From an uncultured Nitrospirota bacterium (lineage in GTDB: Bacteria; Nitrospirota; Nitrospiria; 2-01-FULL-66-17): a stretch of 64,000 nucleotides of DNA. The DNA is taken from the NCBI GenBank assembly GCA_964570625.1, contig CAZMYW010000008.1:43166-107165 (forward strand), in the 5' to 3' direction. The position numbers and the translations under genes are program-made. This document shows positions 17,653 through 27,739 of the stretch, piece by piece. Under the pieces are notes generated by a model, which made no database searches, had not been told where the DNA came from, and saw only the letters and a list, made by a program, of their open reading frames with translations. Each line of letters starts with the position of its first letter. Positions within the stretch are counted from its first letter, which is position 1.

Positions 17653-18921
17653 ATGCGCCGGTTGACCTTCCGGGTAGGACTAGTTCTTGTCCTGGCGGCT
17701 GCCGTGGGGCTGGGGTTACTGTCATACCTGAAGTCTCCCGTGATCTTCGGACTGCGGGAAGATATCAAACACGCGATTCCGCCTCAGGCTGTTCCCACCG
17801 GTGTTGGGGACCTCTCCGCCGAGGCGTGCGGTTCCTGCCACCGAGAGATCTACGAGGAGTGGAAAACCTCGATCCACTCGCAGGCGTTCGTGGACCCATT
17901 TTTCCAGGCGTACTGGAAGAAGGATCAACACATCTGGGTCTGCCTGAACTGCCACGCCCCGTTGCAAAATCAGCAGCAGATAGTGGTGACCGACCTGCGA
18001 GGCGGGCGGATCGACCGCCCGGAGAGTCATCCCAATCCGGATTTTGATCCCGCGCTGCAGCGCGAAGGAATCACCTGCGCGGTTTGCCACGTGCGGGACG
18101 GCGTGATCCTGGGGCCGTTCGACGACTCGGTCGCGCCCCATCCGACCAGGTATGACCCCCGCTATCGCAGCACGGACATCTGTTACACCTGCCACGCGGT
18201 GCCGTCGGATCGATTTCAGTTTTATAACGGCGGCCCATGTGCGACGTTCATGGAGTATGAAGCCGGGCCGTACAAAGCCAAGGGCTACATCTGCCAGGAC
18301 TGTCACATGCCCGAGGTGGAACGGGTGATGGCCGAGGGTGGTCCCGTCCGCAAGGGCCGTCGTCACTTGTGGCGTGGCGGGCACGACCCCGAGCAGCTCA
18401 AACGGGCGTTCACCGCGGTGCTGGCGGCCGATGAGCCGCGCTTGGCGGGAAGCCAGAAAACGACGTGGACGCTCACCATGACCAACAGTGGCGCTGGGCA
18501 TATGTTGCCGACCGGCGATCCTGATCGCTATTTTCTGACCGAGATCGAAGTCCGCGATCGCACCGGGCGGGTCGTGGCATCCCGTAGCGACACCATTCGG
18601 CGATGGATCGTGTGGTGGCCGGTCATCTATGAATACCGCGATACGCGGATTCCTCCGCTGGCGTCGCGGGAGCTGACGATGGACTATACGGTGCCGGATG
18701 TGGACGAGGGACTGACGATCACCGCCCGCGTGTCATACCACTTCATGACCGATCGCCAATACCAGCGCCTGAAGACCAAATACGGACTCGATGTCGACAA
18801 GACGTACGCGTTTACGCTGTATGAGCAGACCGTGCCGTTACGGGCTGGCGAATCCGTGCCTCATGTCGCACAGAGTGCCGTCACGCCGGCGTGCGCTACG
18901 TCCAGCAACGAGGCGGGGTAG
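17653..18921 (+). CDS. Membrane-anchored pentaheme c-type cytochrome with C-terminal beta-rich domain
   Basis: Five CxxCH motifs (CGSCH, CLNCH, CAVCH, CYTCH, CQDCH), N-terminal hydrophobic anchor and GHMLPTG motif. Confidence 0.88.
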   Translation: MRRLTFRVGLVLVLAAAVGLGLLSYLKSPVIFGLREDIKHAIPPQAVPTGVGDLSAEACGSCHREIYEEWKTSIHSQAFVDPFFQAYWKKDQHIWVCLNCHAPLQNQQQIVVTDLRGGRIDRPESHPNPDFDPALQREGITCAVCHVRDGVILGPFDDSVAPHPTRYDPRYRSTDICYTCHAVPSDRFQFYNGGPCATFMEYEAGPYKAKGYICQDCHMPEVERVMAEGGPVRKGRRHLWRGGHDPEQLKRAFTAVLAADEPRLAGSQKTTWTLTMTNSGAGHMLPTGDPDRYFLTEIEVRDRTGRVVASRSDTIRRWIVWWPVIYEYRDTRIPPLASRELTMDYTVPDVDEGLTITARVSYHFMTDRQYQRLKTKYGLDVDKTYAFTLYEQTVPLRAGESVPHVAQSAVTPACATSSNEAG

Positions 18922-18988
18922 ACCCGGGGCGGCCGGGCTCGGATAAGCGGTCTTCCCAGATACGGGGTAAGGCATGACCACGAGCGTG

Positions 18989-19114
18989 GAGCCCTGTTCA
19001 GGAAGGCGTCAGATGCAAGGCGGCGGGAGAACCGCACCGGAAGCGTACTGGGTCGTACGTGAGGAGCGGAAGCGCAGCGGCAACGCAGCAGATGATCCTT
19101 CATGGACAGGGCTC
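18989..19114 (-). repeat. Palindromic REP/MITE-like element, copy B
   Basis: 18-bp imperfect terminal inverted repeat (16/18: GAGCCCTGTTCAGGAAGG versus the reverse complement of CCTTCATGGACAGGGCTC). Interior is homologous to 7423-7524. Confidence 0.85.
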
Positions 19115-19470
19115 TAGCGGAGCTTGGTGCGGCCGGCGAACCCGGACGTATAGTCGTGAAAATAGCCGATGTCCGGCTCCGGATACTTCCAGCAGTAGTA
19201 CCCCTCGCCGTTGTCGAAATCCACCAGCCACAACCCTTTGACCTCGCACCCGAGCTCCATGACCTTTTTGGCCCACGCGCGAACCACGCCGGCGTATTCG
19301 GCCTCCAACTCTTGCCGCCTGGGTGTGTCGCCGCCTCTGAGGGCGAGCATCTGAGCCTCCACGATCGCTGCCTTGGTCACCGCCCGATCGGTCAGCGTTC
19401 GGACCTCGGGAAAAAGCTGCAGCGCTTCATCGTAGGTGAAGGTCTTCGGTGTCTGTTCGTCGGATTCCAT
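19114..19470 (-). CDS. DUF2203-family protein
   Basis: FTYDEA..LFPEV and GCEVKGLWLVDF..YYCWKYPEP.I.YFH..GFAGR. Confidence 0.8.
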   Translation of the reverse strand: MESDEQTPKTFTYDEALQLFPEVRTLTDRAVTKAAIVEAQMLALRGGDTPRRQELEAEYAGVVRAWAKKVMELGCEVKGLWLVDFDNGEGYYCWKYPEPDIGYFHDYTSGFAGRTKLR

Positions 19471-19538
19471 GAGCTCAGGGCCTCGTCAATTCCTCTAACT
19501 TTGGCAGGGTATCATAGACTTTCGGCCGGCGGCAAGAC

Positions 19539-21722
19539 TTACCCTCGGCGGCTGCGGCGGCACTGGATGACGCCGTCAACAGCCTCGATATTCTGAAACG
19601 CCTTGGCGAGGTGGACAGTGTCCCGCACGTCGATCACGAAATGGAACACGGCCTTTTTTTCGTCGGTGGTGGTGACTTCGGCGTGGCTGATGTTCGCGTC
19701 GGCGGCGGTGATGGCGGCGGAGATCTTGGCGAGCATGCCGGGTCGGTCTTGCGTGATCACGGACACTTTTACGGGGTGGGTCGCGACGTCTTTCACGTCC
19801 CAATCCACTTCGACCAGGCGATCGCGGTCGTAGTCCAATTCGTCGACGTTGGGGCAATCCGCGGTATGGATCGAAAGGCCGCGGCCGCGGGTGATGAATC
19901 CCAAGATCTTATCGCCAGGCACAGGGTTACAGCACTTGGCGATGTTGATCATGATGTCATTGACGCCCTTGATCGTCACCCCGCGACTCTGTTTCCCGAT
20001 CGACGTCAGGAGCTTGTCTTTGAGGCCCTCCTTGAGGGCGGGCTCGGGGAGGAGGCGGTTGATGACATGGTTGAGCGAGACACGGCCGTAACTCAGGGCG
20101 ATCAGGAGGTCGTCCACCGAGGCGAGTCCACTTTCGCCGGCGATCTTGTTCAGGACGTCGGACTTGAACACTTCCGCCGGACTCAAGTGACTGCGACGCA
20201 ACTCGCGCTCCAGCAGGCGTCGCCCGATCTCCAGGCTTTGTTTCTGTTCTTCGGCCTTGATCCAGTGTTTGATGCGCGTTTTGGCTTTGGGTGTTTTGGC
20301 GATCTTGAGCCAGTCTTTGGAGGGAACCTGATTCGGGGAGGTGACGATCTCCACCGTGTCACCGCTCTTAAGCACGGTTTTGAGCGGGGCCAACTTGCCG
20401 TTCACCTTGGCTCCGGTGCAGCGATGGCCGACCTGGGTGTGGACCGCGTAAGCCAGGTCGATCGGCGTGGCGCCTTTGACCAATTCGATCACGTCCCCCT
20501 TCGGGGTGAAGACGTAGATCTCGTCCGAGAACAGGTCCATTTTGATCGAATTCAGGAACTGCCGATTGTCCGTCAGATCCTGCTGCCATTCGACCAATTG
20601 ACGAAGCCAGGCGAACAGCCGGTTGTCCTTCTCGTCGATTTGCCCCTGATCCTTGTACCGCCAGTGCGCGGCGATGCCTTCTTCCGCGATGCGGTGCATC
20701 TCCTCCGTACGGATCTGAAACTCCACGTGTTCACCCTGAGGCCCAATGACGGTCGTGTGCAGCGACTGGTACAGGTTCGACTTGGGAACACCGATATAGT
20801 CTTTGAAGCGCCCTGGGACGGGCTTCCAGAGCGAGTGGATCATGCCGAGAACGCCGTAGCAGGTGATCTTGGTGTCGGTGACGATCCGAATCCCGATCAG
20901 ATCGTAGACTTCCTCGAACGGGATTTCGCGGCGCTCCATCTTGGAGTAGATACCGTAGAAATGTTTGGGACGCCCGAACACGCGTCCGGCGAACCCGTAC
21001 TCCGCGATAGTCGCTTGGACCTTCTGGATGACGGTGTCGACGTAGCGCTGTCGCTCGGCGACCTGCTGCACCACCTTGCTGACAAGGGTCTGATAGGCCT
21101 CAGCTCTTAGGTAGCGGAAACAGAGGTCCTCCAGTTCATTTTTCATCCACCCGATCCCGAGCCGGTTGGCCAGGGGCGCATAGATCTCGAGGGTTTCTCG
21201 CGCAATACGTTGTTGTTTGTCCGGCCGTATGACCTCCAGCGTCCGCATGTTGTGAAGGCGGTCCGCCAGCTTGATCAGGATCACGCGGATGTCGTCCGCC
21301 ATGGAGAGAACCATTTTCCGGAAGTTTTCCGCCTGCTTTTCTTCGTGGCTCTTGAAGCGGATCTTGCCGATCTTGGTCACGCCGTCTACGAGCCGTAGCA
21401 CGTCCGCTCCGAACTCCCGCTCGATGGATTCGCGCGGGAGCAGCGTGTCTTCGATCGTGTCGTGGAGGAGGCCGGCGACGATCGAGGGAACGTCCATCTT
21501 TAGCACGGTGAGAATTTCCGCGACGGAGAGCGTATGGAATACGTAGGGCTCGCCGGATTTGCGCGTTTGACCATCGTGAGCTTTGGCCGAGGCCTCGTAC
21601 GCACGTTGCAGGGCGTCGACCGAGGCTTGCGGATTATAAGCCCTGACCTTGGCGATGATGTCCTCGATCGTCGCCTTGGTTGGCTCGGCTGGCTTGGCAA
21701 GCACTCCGGACTCGGGAGTCAT
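19539..21722 (-). CDS. spoT: Long RelA/SpoT (p)ppGpp synthetase/hydrolase
   Basis: HD motif GLLHDTIED, KLADRLHNMRT, YQSLHT, EFQIRT, TGS domain and C-terminal ACT domain. Confidence 0.96.
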   Translation of the reverse strand: MTPESGVLAKPAEPTKATIEDIIAKVRAYNPQASVDALQRAYEASAKAHDGQTRKSGEPYVFHTLSVAEILTVLKMDVPSIVAGLLHDTIEDTLLPRESIEREFGADVLRLVDGVTKIGKIRFKSHEEKQAENFRKMVLSMADDIRVILIKLADRLHNMRTLEVIRPDKQQRIARETLEIYAPLANRLGIGWMKNELEDLCFRYLRAEAYQTLVSKVVQQVAERQRYVDTVIQKVQATIAEYGFAGRVFGRPKHFYGIYSKMERREIPFEEVYDLIGIRIVTDTKITCYGVLGMIHSLWKPVPGRFKDYIGVPKSNLYQSLHTTVIGPQGEHVEFQIRTEEMHRIAEEGIAAHWRYKDQGQIDEKDNRLFAWLRQLVEWQQDLTDNRQFLNSIKMDLFSDEIYVFTPKGDVIELVKGATPIDLAYAVHTQVGHRCTGAKVNGKLAPLKTVLKSGDTVEIVTSPNQVPSKDWLKIAKTPKAKTRIKHWIKAEEQKQSLEIGRRLLERELRRSHLSPAEVFKSDVLNKIAGESGLASVDDLLIALSYGRVSLNHVINRLLPEPALKEGLKDKLLTSIGKQSRGVTIKGVNDIMINIAKCCNPVPGDKILGFITRGRGLSIHTADCPNVDELDYDRDRLVEVDWDVKDVATHPVKVSVITQDRPGMLAKISAAITAADANISHAEVTTTDEKKAVFHFVIDVRDTVHLAKAFQNIEAVDGVIQCRRSRRG

Positions 21723-21771
21723 GCCTTTATTATATCGATCGGGTGGAGCGGAGTCGATGCTGAGGAATCGG

Positions 21772-23487
21772 CTACGCGTTCGACTGGCTGGGGCGCAGGT
21801 CTTTCAGACGTAACTGGATGCGGTCCTGCCCCTGCCAAGAGTCGACGCGTGCCGAATAGGCCAGATCGATGGGACTAGGATCGGCGGGCAACAGGTGTCC
21901 GAGACCGAAGCCGATCGCGTCGAACGCCACGGGCGTGGCATGACTGACCAGCAGTTTGAGATGGTTGTTGCCGACGATGCGGGCACCGCGGGGTGAGCAG
22001 CCGCTGGTGGTCAGGAGCGGTTCGGGGTTGCCCATGCCAAAGGGAGCTAGGGTCGCGAGCTCTCCGAGCAACGGGAAGGTGACCTCGGCGAGGCCGATCT
22101 CGTCGTCCAGCGCGAGGATCGGCTGTGCGGCGTCCGGCGCAAGATTGGCCGCGACCACAGCCTCGAACCGTTTCTGGAACTCGGGAATTCGTTCGGCCCG
22201 AATCGTCAGCCCCGCCGCCGCCGCGTGCCCTCCGAAGCCTTCAAACAGCGATCGACATTCCTCCAGGGCTTGGGTGAGGTGAAACCCGGGAATGCTCCGC
22301 CCGGACCCCTTGGCGCGTCCGTCCGGGCCGATCGCGATCACGATCGTTGGACGATGCCAGCGGTCGACCATCCGTGAGGCGATGATGCCGATCACGCCCG
22401 GATGCCAGGCCTGGTCGGCGATGACGAGAGAGCGCGCGCCGTCCAGGGAAATCTCGCGTTCGACCTTCGCCACCGCGCCATCGAGCATCGCTTCTTCGAT
22501 CCGGCGCCGTTCCTGGTTGGCCGCGTCTAGCTCTCGCGCTGCTTTCATCGCGGTGTCCGCATCCCTGGTCGTCAGCAGGATCACGCCGGGGTGGGCTGTC
22601 GCCAGTCGCCCGGCGGCGTTGATCCGGGGACCCAACTGAAACCCGACGGTTCCCGCGTCGACGGGTCTTCGCCCAATGCCGCAGATCTCCTTGAGTGCGG
22701 CGACACCCACGCGACGCCCCGCGCTCAACGCTCGCAATCCTTCGACCACGAGATAGCGGTTCTCGCCTCGCAGCTGAGCCACGTCCGCGATGGTTCCCAA
22801 CGCCACGAGGTCGAGCACCGACGCGAGTCGCGTGTCGATGTCCGGTAGGCTGCGCCGGCGACCGAGCAACGCCTGCGCGACTTTAAACGCAATGCCCGCC
22901 GCGCAAAGCACTTTCTCGGGGTATGACGAGCCGGGGATGTGGGGGTTGAGCATCGCATACGCCGGTGGAATGTGATCTTGCGGTTCGTGGTGATCGGTGA
23001 CGATGACGTCGATGCCCAAGCGGTTGGCCAACTCGATCGGGGCGTGCGCGGTGGTGCCGCAGTCCGCGGTGATCAGCAGCGAGACGCCCTGATCGCGCGC
23101 GGCGTGCACGCCGGCCTCGGTCAAGCCGTACCCCTCGGTGAGGCGATGGGGAATGCGGTAGATGACCTGGACGCCGAGCCAGGAGAAGAGTTCGAGGTAG
23201 AGGGCCGTCGCGGTCACGCCGTCAACGTCGTAATCTCCGGCGATCATGATCCGCTCGCCGGATCCGATCGCGCGTTCGATGCGGTCAATCGCGCGGTCCA
23301 TACCCGTGAGCAGGAAGGGATCGTGTAAGTCGGCGGCGGATGGGGCGAGAAATCGCCGAGCGGCTTCGACCGTGTCGAGTTTGCGACCGGCGAGGATTCT
23401 AGCCGTGGTGCGTCGAACGCCGAGGCCGTGTACGAGCGCGGCGACGACGTCCGGGTTGTGGGGGCGCTGCTGCCAGCGCTTGCGCAT
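21772..23487 (-). CDS. recJ: Single-stranded-DNA exonuclease RecJ
   Basis: GDYDVDG, ITADCG, TDHH, ALGTIADV, GPRINAAGR and FGGHAAAAG. Start refined to ATG 23487. Confidence 0.96.
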   Translation of the reverse strand: MRKRWQQRPHNPDVVAALVHGLGVRRTTARILAGRKLDTVEAARRFLAPSAADLHDPFLLTGMDRAIDRIERAIGSGERIMIAGDYDVDGVTATALYLELFSWLGVQVIYRIPHRLTEGYGLTEAGVHAARDQGVSLLITADCGTTAHAPIELANRLGIDVIVTDHHEPQDHIPPAYAMLNPHIPGSSYPEKVLCAAGIAFKVAQALLGRRRSLPDIDTRLASVLDLVALGTIADVAQLRGENRYLVVEGLRALSAGRRVGVAALKEICGIGRRPVDAGTVGFQLGPRINAAGRLATAHPGVILLTTRDADTAMKAARELDAANQERRRIEEAMLDGAVAKVEREISLDGARSLVIADQAWHPGVIGIIASRMVDRWHRPTIVIAIGPDGRAKGSGRSIPGFHLTQALEECRSLFEGFGGHAAAAGLTIRAERIPEFQKRFEAVVAANLAPDAAQPILALDDEIGLAEVTFPLLGELATLAPFGMGNPEPLLTTSGCSPRGARIVGNNHLKLLVSHATPVAFDAIGFGLGHLLPADPSPIDLAYSARVDSWQGQDRIQLRLKDLRPSQSNA

Positions 23488-23600
23488 GCGGTCGATCCCT
23501 GACTCGCGCCACCATACGCGGGGGGAGGTGATCGTGTCAACGTGGCGCGGGCCGATTATAATGTCGGCTGTCAGCGGTGAACACACCAGGGGAGGGGACG

Positions 23601-25091
23601 ATGAGGGAACGGGTGGAGAATCTCATCAACGGACGATGGCAGCTCGCGGCAGGGGGACACACGCTGGAGAGCCGCAACCCTGCGGATATCGGCGATGTGG
23701 TGGCCGTCGCGCCCATGTCGTCCACTCGCGACGTCAACGACGCGGTGAGCGCCGCCCAGGCCGCGTTTCCCGGATGGCGCGCCGTGCCGGCTCCGAAGCG
23801 AGGAGAGATCCTCTTTCGCGCCGCCGAGGGTTTGGCCAGAGAAAAGGAGTCGCTCGCGCAGATCGTGACGCGCGAGATGGGGAAGGTGATCGCGGAGGCT
23901 CGGGGCGACGTACAAGAAGCGATCGACATGACCTATTACATGGCCGGCGAGGGGCGGCGGCTCGCGGGCGAGACGGTTCCGTCCGAGCTGCCCAACAAGG
24001 ACGCCAAAAGCGTACGCGTGCCGTTGGGCGTGGCCGCGTTGATCACGCCGTGGAACTTTCCGGTCGCGATCCCCTCGTGGAAGATCACGCCGGCCCTCGT
24101 CGCAGGCAACACCGTGGTCCTCAAACCTTCGGCGTTCACGCCGTTGTGCGCGACTCGATTCGTCCAGATCCTTCAGGACGCGGGTTTGCCGCCGGGCGTG
24201 TTGAATCTCGTACACGGCCACGGCGAGGGCGTAGGCGACGCGCTGGTGAGCCATCCCGACGTGGCGGTCGTCTCGTTCACCGGGTCCTCGGCAGTAGGGG
24301 AAAAAGTCGAGGCCGTCTGCGGCCGGCTCCATCGACCAGTGTGCACCGAGACCGGTGGCAAAAACGTGGTGATTGTCATGAACGACGCGGATCTGGATCT
24401 GGCTCTGGAAGGCGCGCTCTGGGGCGGATTCGGAACCAGCGGCCAGCGCTGTACCGCCGCGAGCCGAGTCATCGTCCACGAGGCTCTGTACGACGCGTTT
24501 GTCGCCCGTTTCGTGGCGGCGGCCGAAACGTTGCGGCTCGGGCCTGGGCTCGACCCCATGACGGACGTCGGCCCGGTGATCAACGCGTCGCAACAACAGA
24601 GGGTGTTGGAGTACATCGAGATCGGCAAACAAGAAGGTGCCAAGCTCCTGTGCGGCGGACACGCCGTGACTACCGAGGCGTTGGCCGCGGGTCACTTCAT
24701 CGCGCCCACGATCTTCGGCGACGTCGCGCCGACCATGCGGATCGCGCAGGAGGAAATTTTCGGCCCCGTGGTCGCCGTCATCAGAGCCCGAGATGTCTCG
24801 CAGGCCATTGAGATCGCCAATGGTGTACCGTATGGGCTTTCCAGCGCGATCTATACGCGGGACGTGAATACCAGTGCGCTGGCCGAGCGAGAATTGGATA
24901 CCGGTATCGTGTATATCAACGCGTCGACGATCGGAGCCGAGATCCAACTGCCGTTCGGCGGAACCAAAAAGACCGGCCTTGGTCCACGAGAAGCCGGCGG
25001 CCGCGGCGGCGCGCTGGATCTCTACACGAAGTGGAAGGTGATCTACCGCGACTTTTCCGGCAAGCTGCAGAAGGCCCAGATCGATCCGTAG
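23601..25091 (+). CDS. Aldehyde dehydrogenase
   Basis: ITPWNFP, SFTGS, ETGGKN, GQRCTA and QEEIFGPV. RBS GGAGG. Confidence 0.95.
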   Translation: MRERVENLINGRWQLAAGGHTLESRNPADIGDVVAVAPMSSTRDVNDAVSAAQAAFPGWRAVPAPKRGEILFRAAEGLAREKESLAQIVTREMGKVIAEARGDVQEAIDMTYYMAGEGRRLAGETVPSELPNKDAKSVRVPLGVAALITPWNFPVAIPSWKITPALVAGNTVVLKPSAFTPLCATRFVQILQDAGLPPGVLNLVHGHGEGVGDALVSHPDVAVVSFTGSSAVGEKVEAVCGRLHRPVCTETGGKNVVIVMNDADLDLALEGALWGGFGTSGQRCTAASRVIVHEALYDAFVARFVAAAETLRLGPGLDPMTDVGPVINASQQQRVLEYIEIGKQEGAKLLCGGHAVTTEALAAGHFIAPTIFGDVAPTMRIAQEEIFGPVVAVIRARDVSQAIEIANGVPYGLSSAIYTRDVNTSALAERELDTGIVYINASTIGAEIQLPFGGTKKTGLGPREAGGRGGALDLYTKWKVIYRDFSGKLQKAQIDP

Positions 25092-25216
25092 CCGGCCGCG
25101 GAGCGGGCAGTCGGGACACGAGCGGTCCTCTGGTGGGCGGGGTGTTCGTCCCGGGCCTGCCGTCGAGCCCTCAAGTAATACGTGAAGATTTTCTAGATCG
25201 GTCCGTAGGCCGCGTC

Positions 25217-27739
25217 ATGGATACATTGCCCATCGATGAAATTCTTCCCGCGCTCAAGGACGTGCTCCGCGCGCGGACCGCTGCGGTGCTGCAAGCGCCG
25301 CCGGGGTCCGGAAAAACCACACACGTTCCCCTGGCCCTGTCAGATCAGCCGTGGCTCAAGAAACGGTCGATCCTGATCTTGGAGCCGCGTCGGTTGGCCG
25401 CGAGGGCTTCAGCGGCGCGGATGGCCCAGCTTCTGGGCGAATCCGTCGGAGAGACGGTCGGGTATCGCATCCGATTCGAGGCCAAAGTGTCGAGCAAGAC
25501 GCGGATCGAAGTGCTGACCGAGGGCATTCTCACCCGTCGGTTGCAGTCCGATCCCGGACTGGAGGGTGTGGGGCTGGTGATTTTCGATGAATTTCATGAG
25601 CGGCATCTGCACGCGGATCTGGCATTGGCGCTGTGTTTGGACTCCCAACGCACGGTGCGCGAGGACCTCAGGCTGTTGGTGATGTCCGCTACACTGGATG
25701 GCGACGCGGTGGCCGCGCTCCTGGGCGGGGCGCCGGTGGTCACGGCGTCCGCGCGCCAGTTTCCGGTGGAAGTGCGGTATGCCACGAGCGATCCGGACGA
25801 TCGATTGCCTCAGGCCGCGTCCCAGGCGACCCTTCGCGCGTTGAAGCGCGACCGGGGCGACGTGCTCGTGTTCTTGCCGGGCGCACGGGAAATCCGTCGG
25901 ACGCAGCACCTCTTGGACTCTGCGTTGGCGAGTCGTGGGGTGGACGTGTATCCGCTCTACGGCGACCTGCCTTGGGAGGCGCAGGATCGGGCGATCCGCC
26001 CGAACCATCCGGCCCGCCGCAAGGTGGTGCTGGCCACACCCATTGCCGAAACCAGCCTGACGATCGAGGGGGTCGGCGTGGTCATTGATTCGGGTCTGGT
26101 GCGGGTTCCGGAGTTCGACCCTCGCACCGGCCTGACGCGTCTGACCACCAAGCGCATCTCGCGCGCATCGGCCGAACAGCGGGCCGGCCGCGCGGGCCGA
26201 CTGGGGCCCGGCGTGTGTGAACGATTGTGGAACGAGGTGATGCAGCGAGGGCTCATGGCTCAGCCGATTCCTGAAATCAGGACCGCTGACCTCGCTCCGC
26301 TGGCGCTGGAACTCGCGCACTGGGGCGCCCGTGACGCGAGTACGCTTTCGTGGCTCGATCCGCCGCCTGCCGCTGCGCTGGCTCAAGCGCGCGTACTATT
26401 GGCGCGGCTCGGGGCCCTGGACGAGCACGGTCTGATCACTCAGGCCGGCCGCGCCATGGCCTCGCTGCCGGTTCATCCGCGCCTGGCGCACATGATCCGT
26501 CGAGCGGATGATGCAGGGCTAGGCTCGCTGGCCTGCGATCTCGCGGCGCTGCTGTCGGAACGGGATGTGTTGTCAGGCGACTCGTCCCGGTCGTGCGATC
26601 TTCTGGAGCGTGTGGAGGTGTTGACGGCATTCCGCGGTCGCGAGCGAGAGGGAACTCACGCGAGCGAAGGGGACCCCGAGGCCTGCCGGCGCGTGGATCA
26701 AGTCTCGCAGCAATACCGGCGGTTACTCAGAAACCGGCCAACCGAGAGAACCAGCGACACGACCGCGGTCGGTCGGTTGTTGGCGTTCGCGTATCCGGAC
26801 CGGGTCGCGCGGCAACGTGATGTCGGCGGCGTGCGATACGTGCTCGCCTCCGGCCGCGGAGCATGTCTGCCGCCGTACGAGCAGCGCGTACGTCCGCCGT
26901 GGCTCGTGGCCGCGAGTCTCGACGCGGGCGACACCGAGGGGGTCATCTACTTGGCCGCGCCGGTGGATCTCGAAACAGTGCGCCGCGACCTTGCCGCGCA
27001 GTTTCGTGTGGACGAGATCATCCAGTGGGATGCCAAGCTCCAACGAGTCATCGCGCGGCGCGAAGAGCGGCTGGGTGAATTGCTCATCGAGAGCGGCCCA
27101 CTGGCCAATCCCGATCCGGAACAGCTCCGCGTCGCCATGGTGGCAGGCCTTCAGGATCTCGGCATTGCCGCGCTTCCGTGGACATCGGAGGTGCGCGAAT
27201 GGCAGGCGAGGGTGCTCTCGCTGCGTCAGTGGTTCCCGCAAGACGGGTGGCCCGACGTATCAGACACCGCGTTGCGGGACACGTTCGATGCATGGCTGGG
27301 CCCGTATCTGAGTGGTGTCACGCGGCGGGAACACCTGCTTCGCATCGACTTGATGGCCGCGATCAACTCGCGACTCGATTGGAAGCAGCGTCAACGTCTG
27401 GAAGAGGGCGCGCCCGCGCACCTGACGGTCCCCAGTGGAACCCGGGTTCGGCTGGAATATCAGCCCGGCGAATCGCCGGTGCTGGCCGTCAAACTGCAAG
27501 AGATGTTCGGACTGGCCGATACGCCACGGGTGGCGTGGGGGCGAGTCCCGATCACGCTCCACCTTCTGTCGCCGGCGCGCCGGCCCATCCAGGTCACCCA
27601 GGATCTGCGTGGGTTCTGGGAGCGGACCTACGCCGAGGTCAAGAAAGAATTGAAGGGCCGGTACCCCAGACACCCCTGGCCGGATGATCCCTGGAAAGCC
27701 GCGCCCACCGCGCGGACCAAACGAAGGGGTGCGACGTGA
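25217..27739 (+). CDS. hrpB: ATP-dependent RNA helicase HrpB
   Basis: APPGSGKTT, DEFHER, MSATL, QRAGRAGR and the HrpB C-terminal LLSPARRPIQVTQDL..FW motif. Confidence 0.96.
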   Translation: MDTLPIDEILPALKDVLRARTAAVLQAPPGSGKTTHVPLALSDQPWLKKRSILILEPRRLAARASAARMAQLLGESVGETVGYRIRFEAKVSSKTRIEVLTEGILTRRLQSDPGLEGVGLVIFDEFHERHLHADLALALCLDSQRTVREDLRLLVMSATLDGDAVAALLGGAPVVTASARQFPVEVRYATSDPDDRLPQAASQATLRALKRDRGDVLVFLPGAREIRRTQHLLDSALASRGVDVYPLYGDLPWEAQDRAIRPNHPARRKVVLATPIAETSLTIEGVGVVIDSGLVRVPEFDPRTGLTRLTTKRISRASAEQRAGRAGRLGPGVCERLWNEVMQRGLMAQPIPEIRTADLAPLALELAHWGARDASTLSWLDPPPAAALAQARVLLARLGALDEHGLITQAGRAMASLPVHPRLAHMIRRADDAGLGSLACDLAALLSERDVLSGDSSRSCDLLERVEVLTAFRGREREGTHASEGDPEACRRVDQVSQQYRRLLRNRPTERTSDTTAVGRLLAFAYPDRVARQRDVGGVRYVLASGRGACLPPYEQRVRPPWLVAASLDAGDTEGVIYLAAPVDLETVRRDLAAQFRVDEIIQWDAKLQRVIARREERLGELLIESGPLANPDPEQLRVAMVAGLQDLGIAALPWTSEVREWQARVLSLRQWFPQDGWPDVSDTALRDTFDAWLGPYLSGVTRREHLLRIDLMAAINSRLDWKQRQRLEEGAPAHLTVPSGTRVRLEYQPGESPVLAVKLQEMFGLADTPRVAWGRVPITLHLLSPARRPIQVTQDLRGFWERTYAEVKKELKGRYPRHPWPDDPWKAAPTARTKRRGAT

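Noticed and set aside
18861-19103. 80-aa ORF starting in repeat copy B
   Set aside because: It has no RBS, runs antisense into the cytochrome gene, and is explained by the repeat.
19611-21110. 499-aa antisense ORF (also 9449-10819, 23571-24947, 23246-24811, 2934-3917 and many others)
   Set aside because: These are shadow or alternate frames of well-supported genes. Long stop-free frames are expected at this GC content, and none shows a recognisable motif.
25105-25162. Interrupted GC-rich hairpin between the aldehyde dehydrogenase gene and hrpB
   Set aside because: Single copy, no U tract and no family match; plausible by chance at this GC content.
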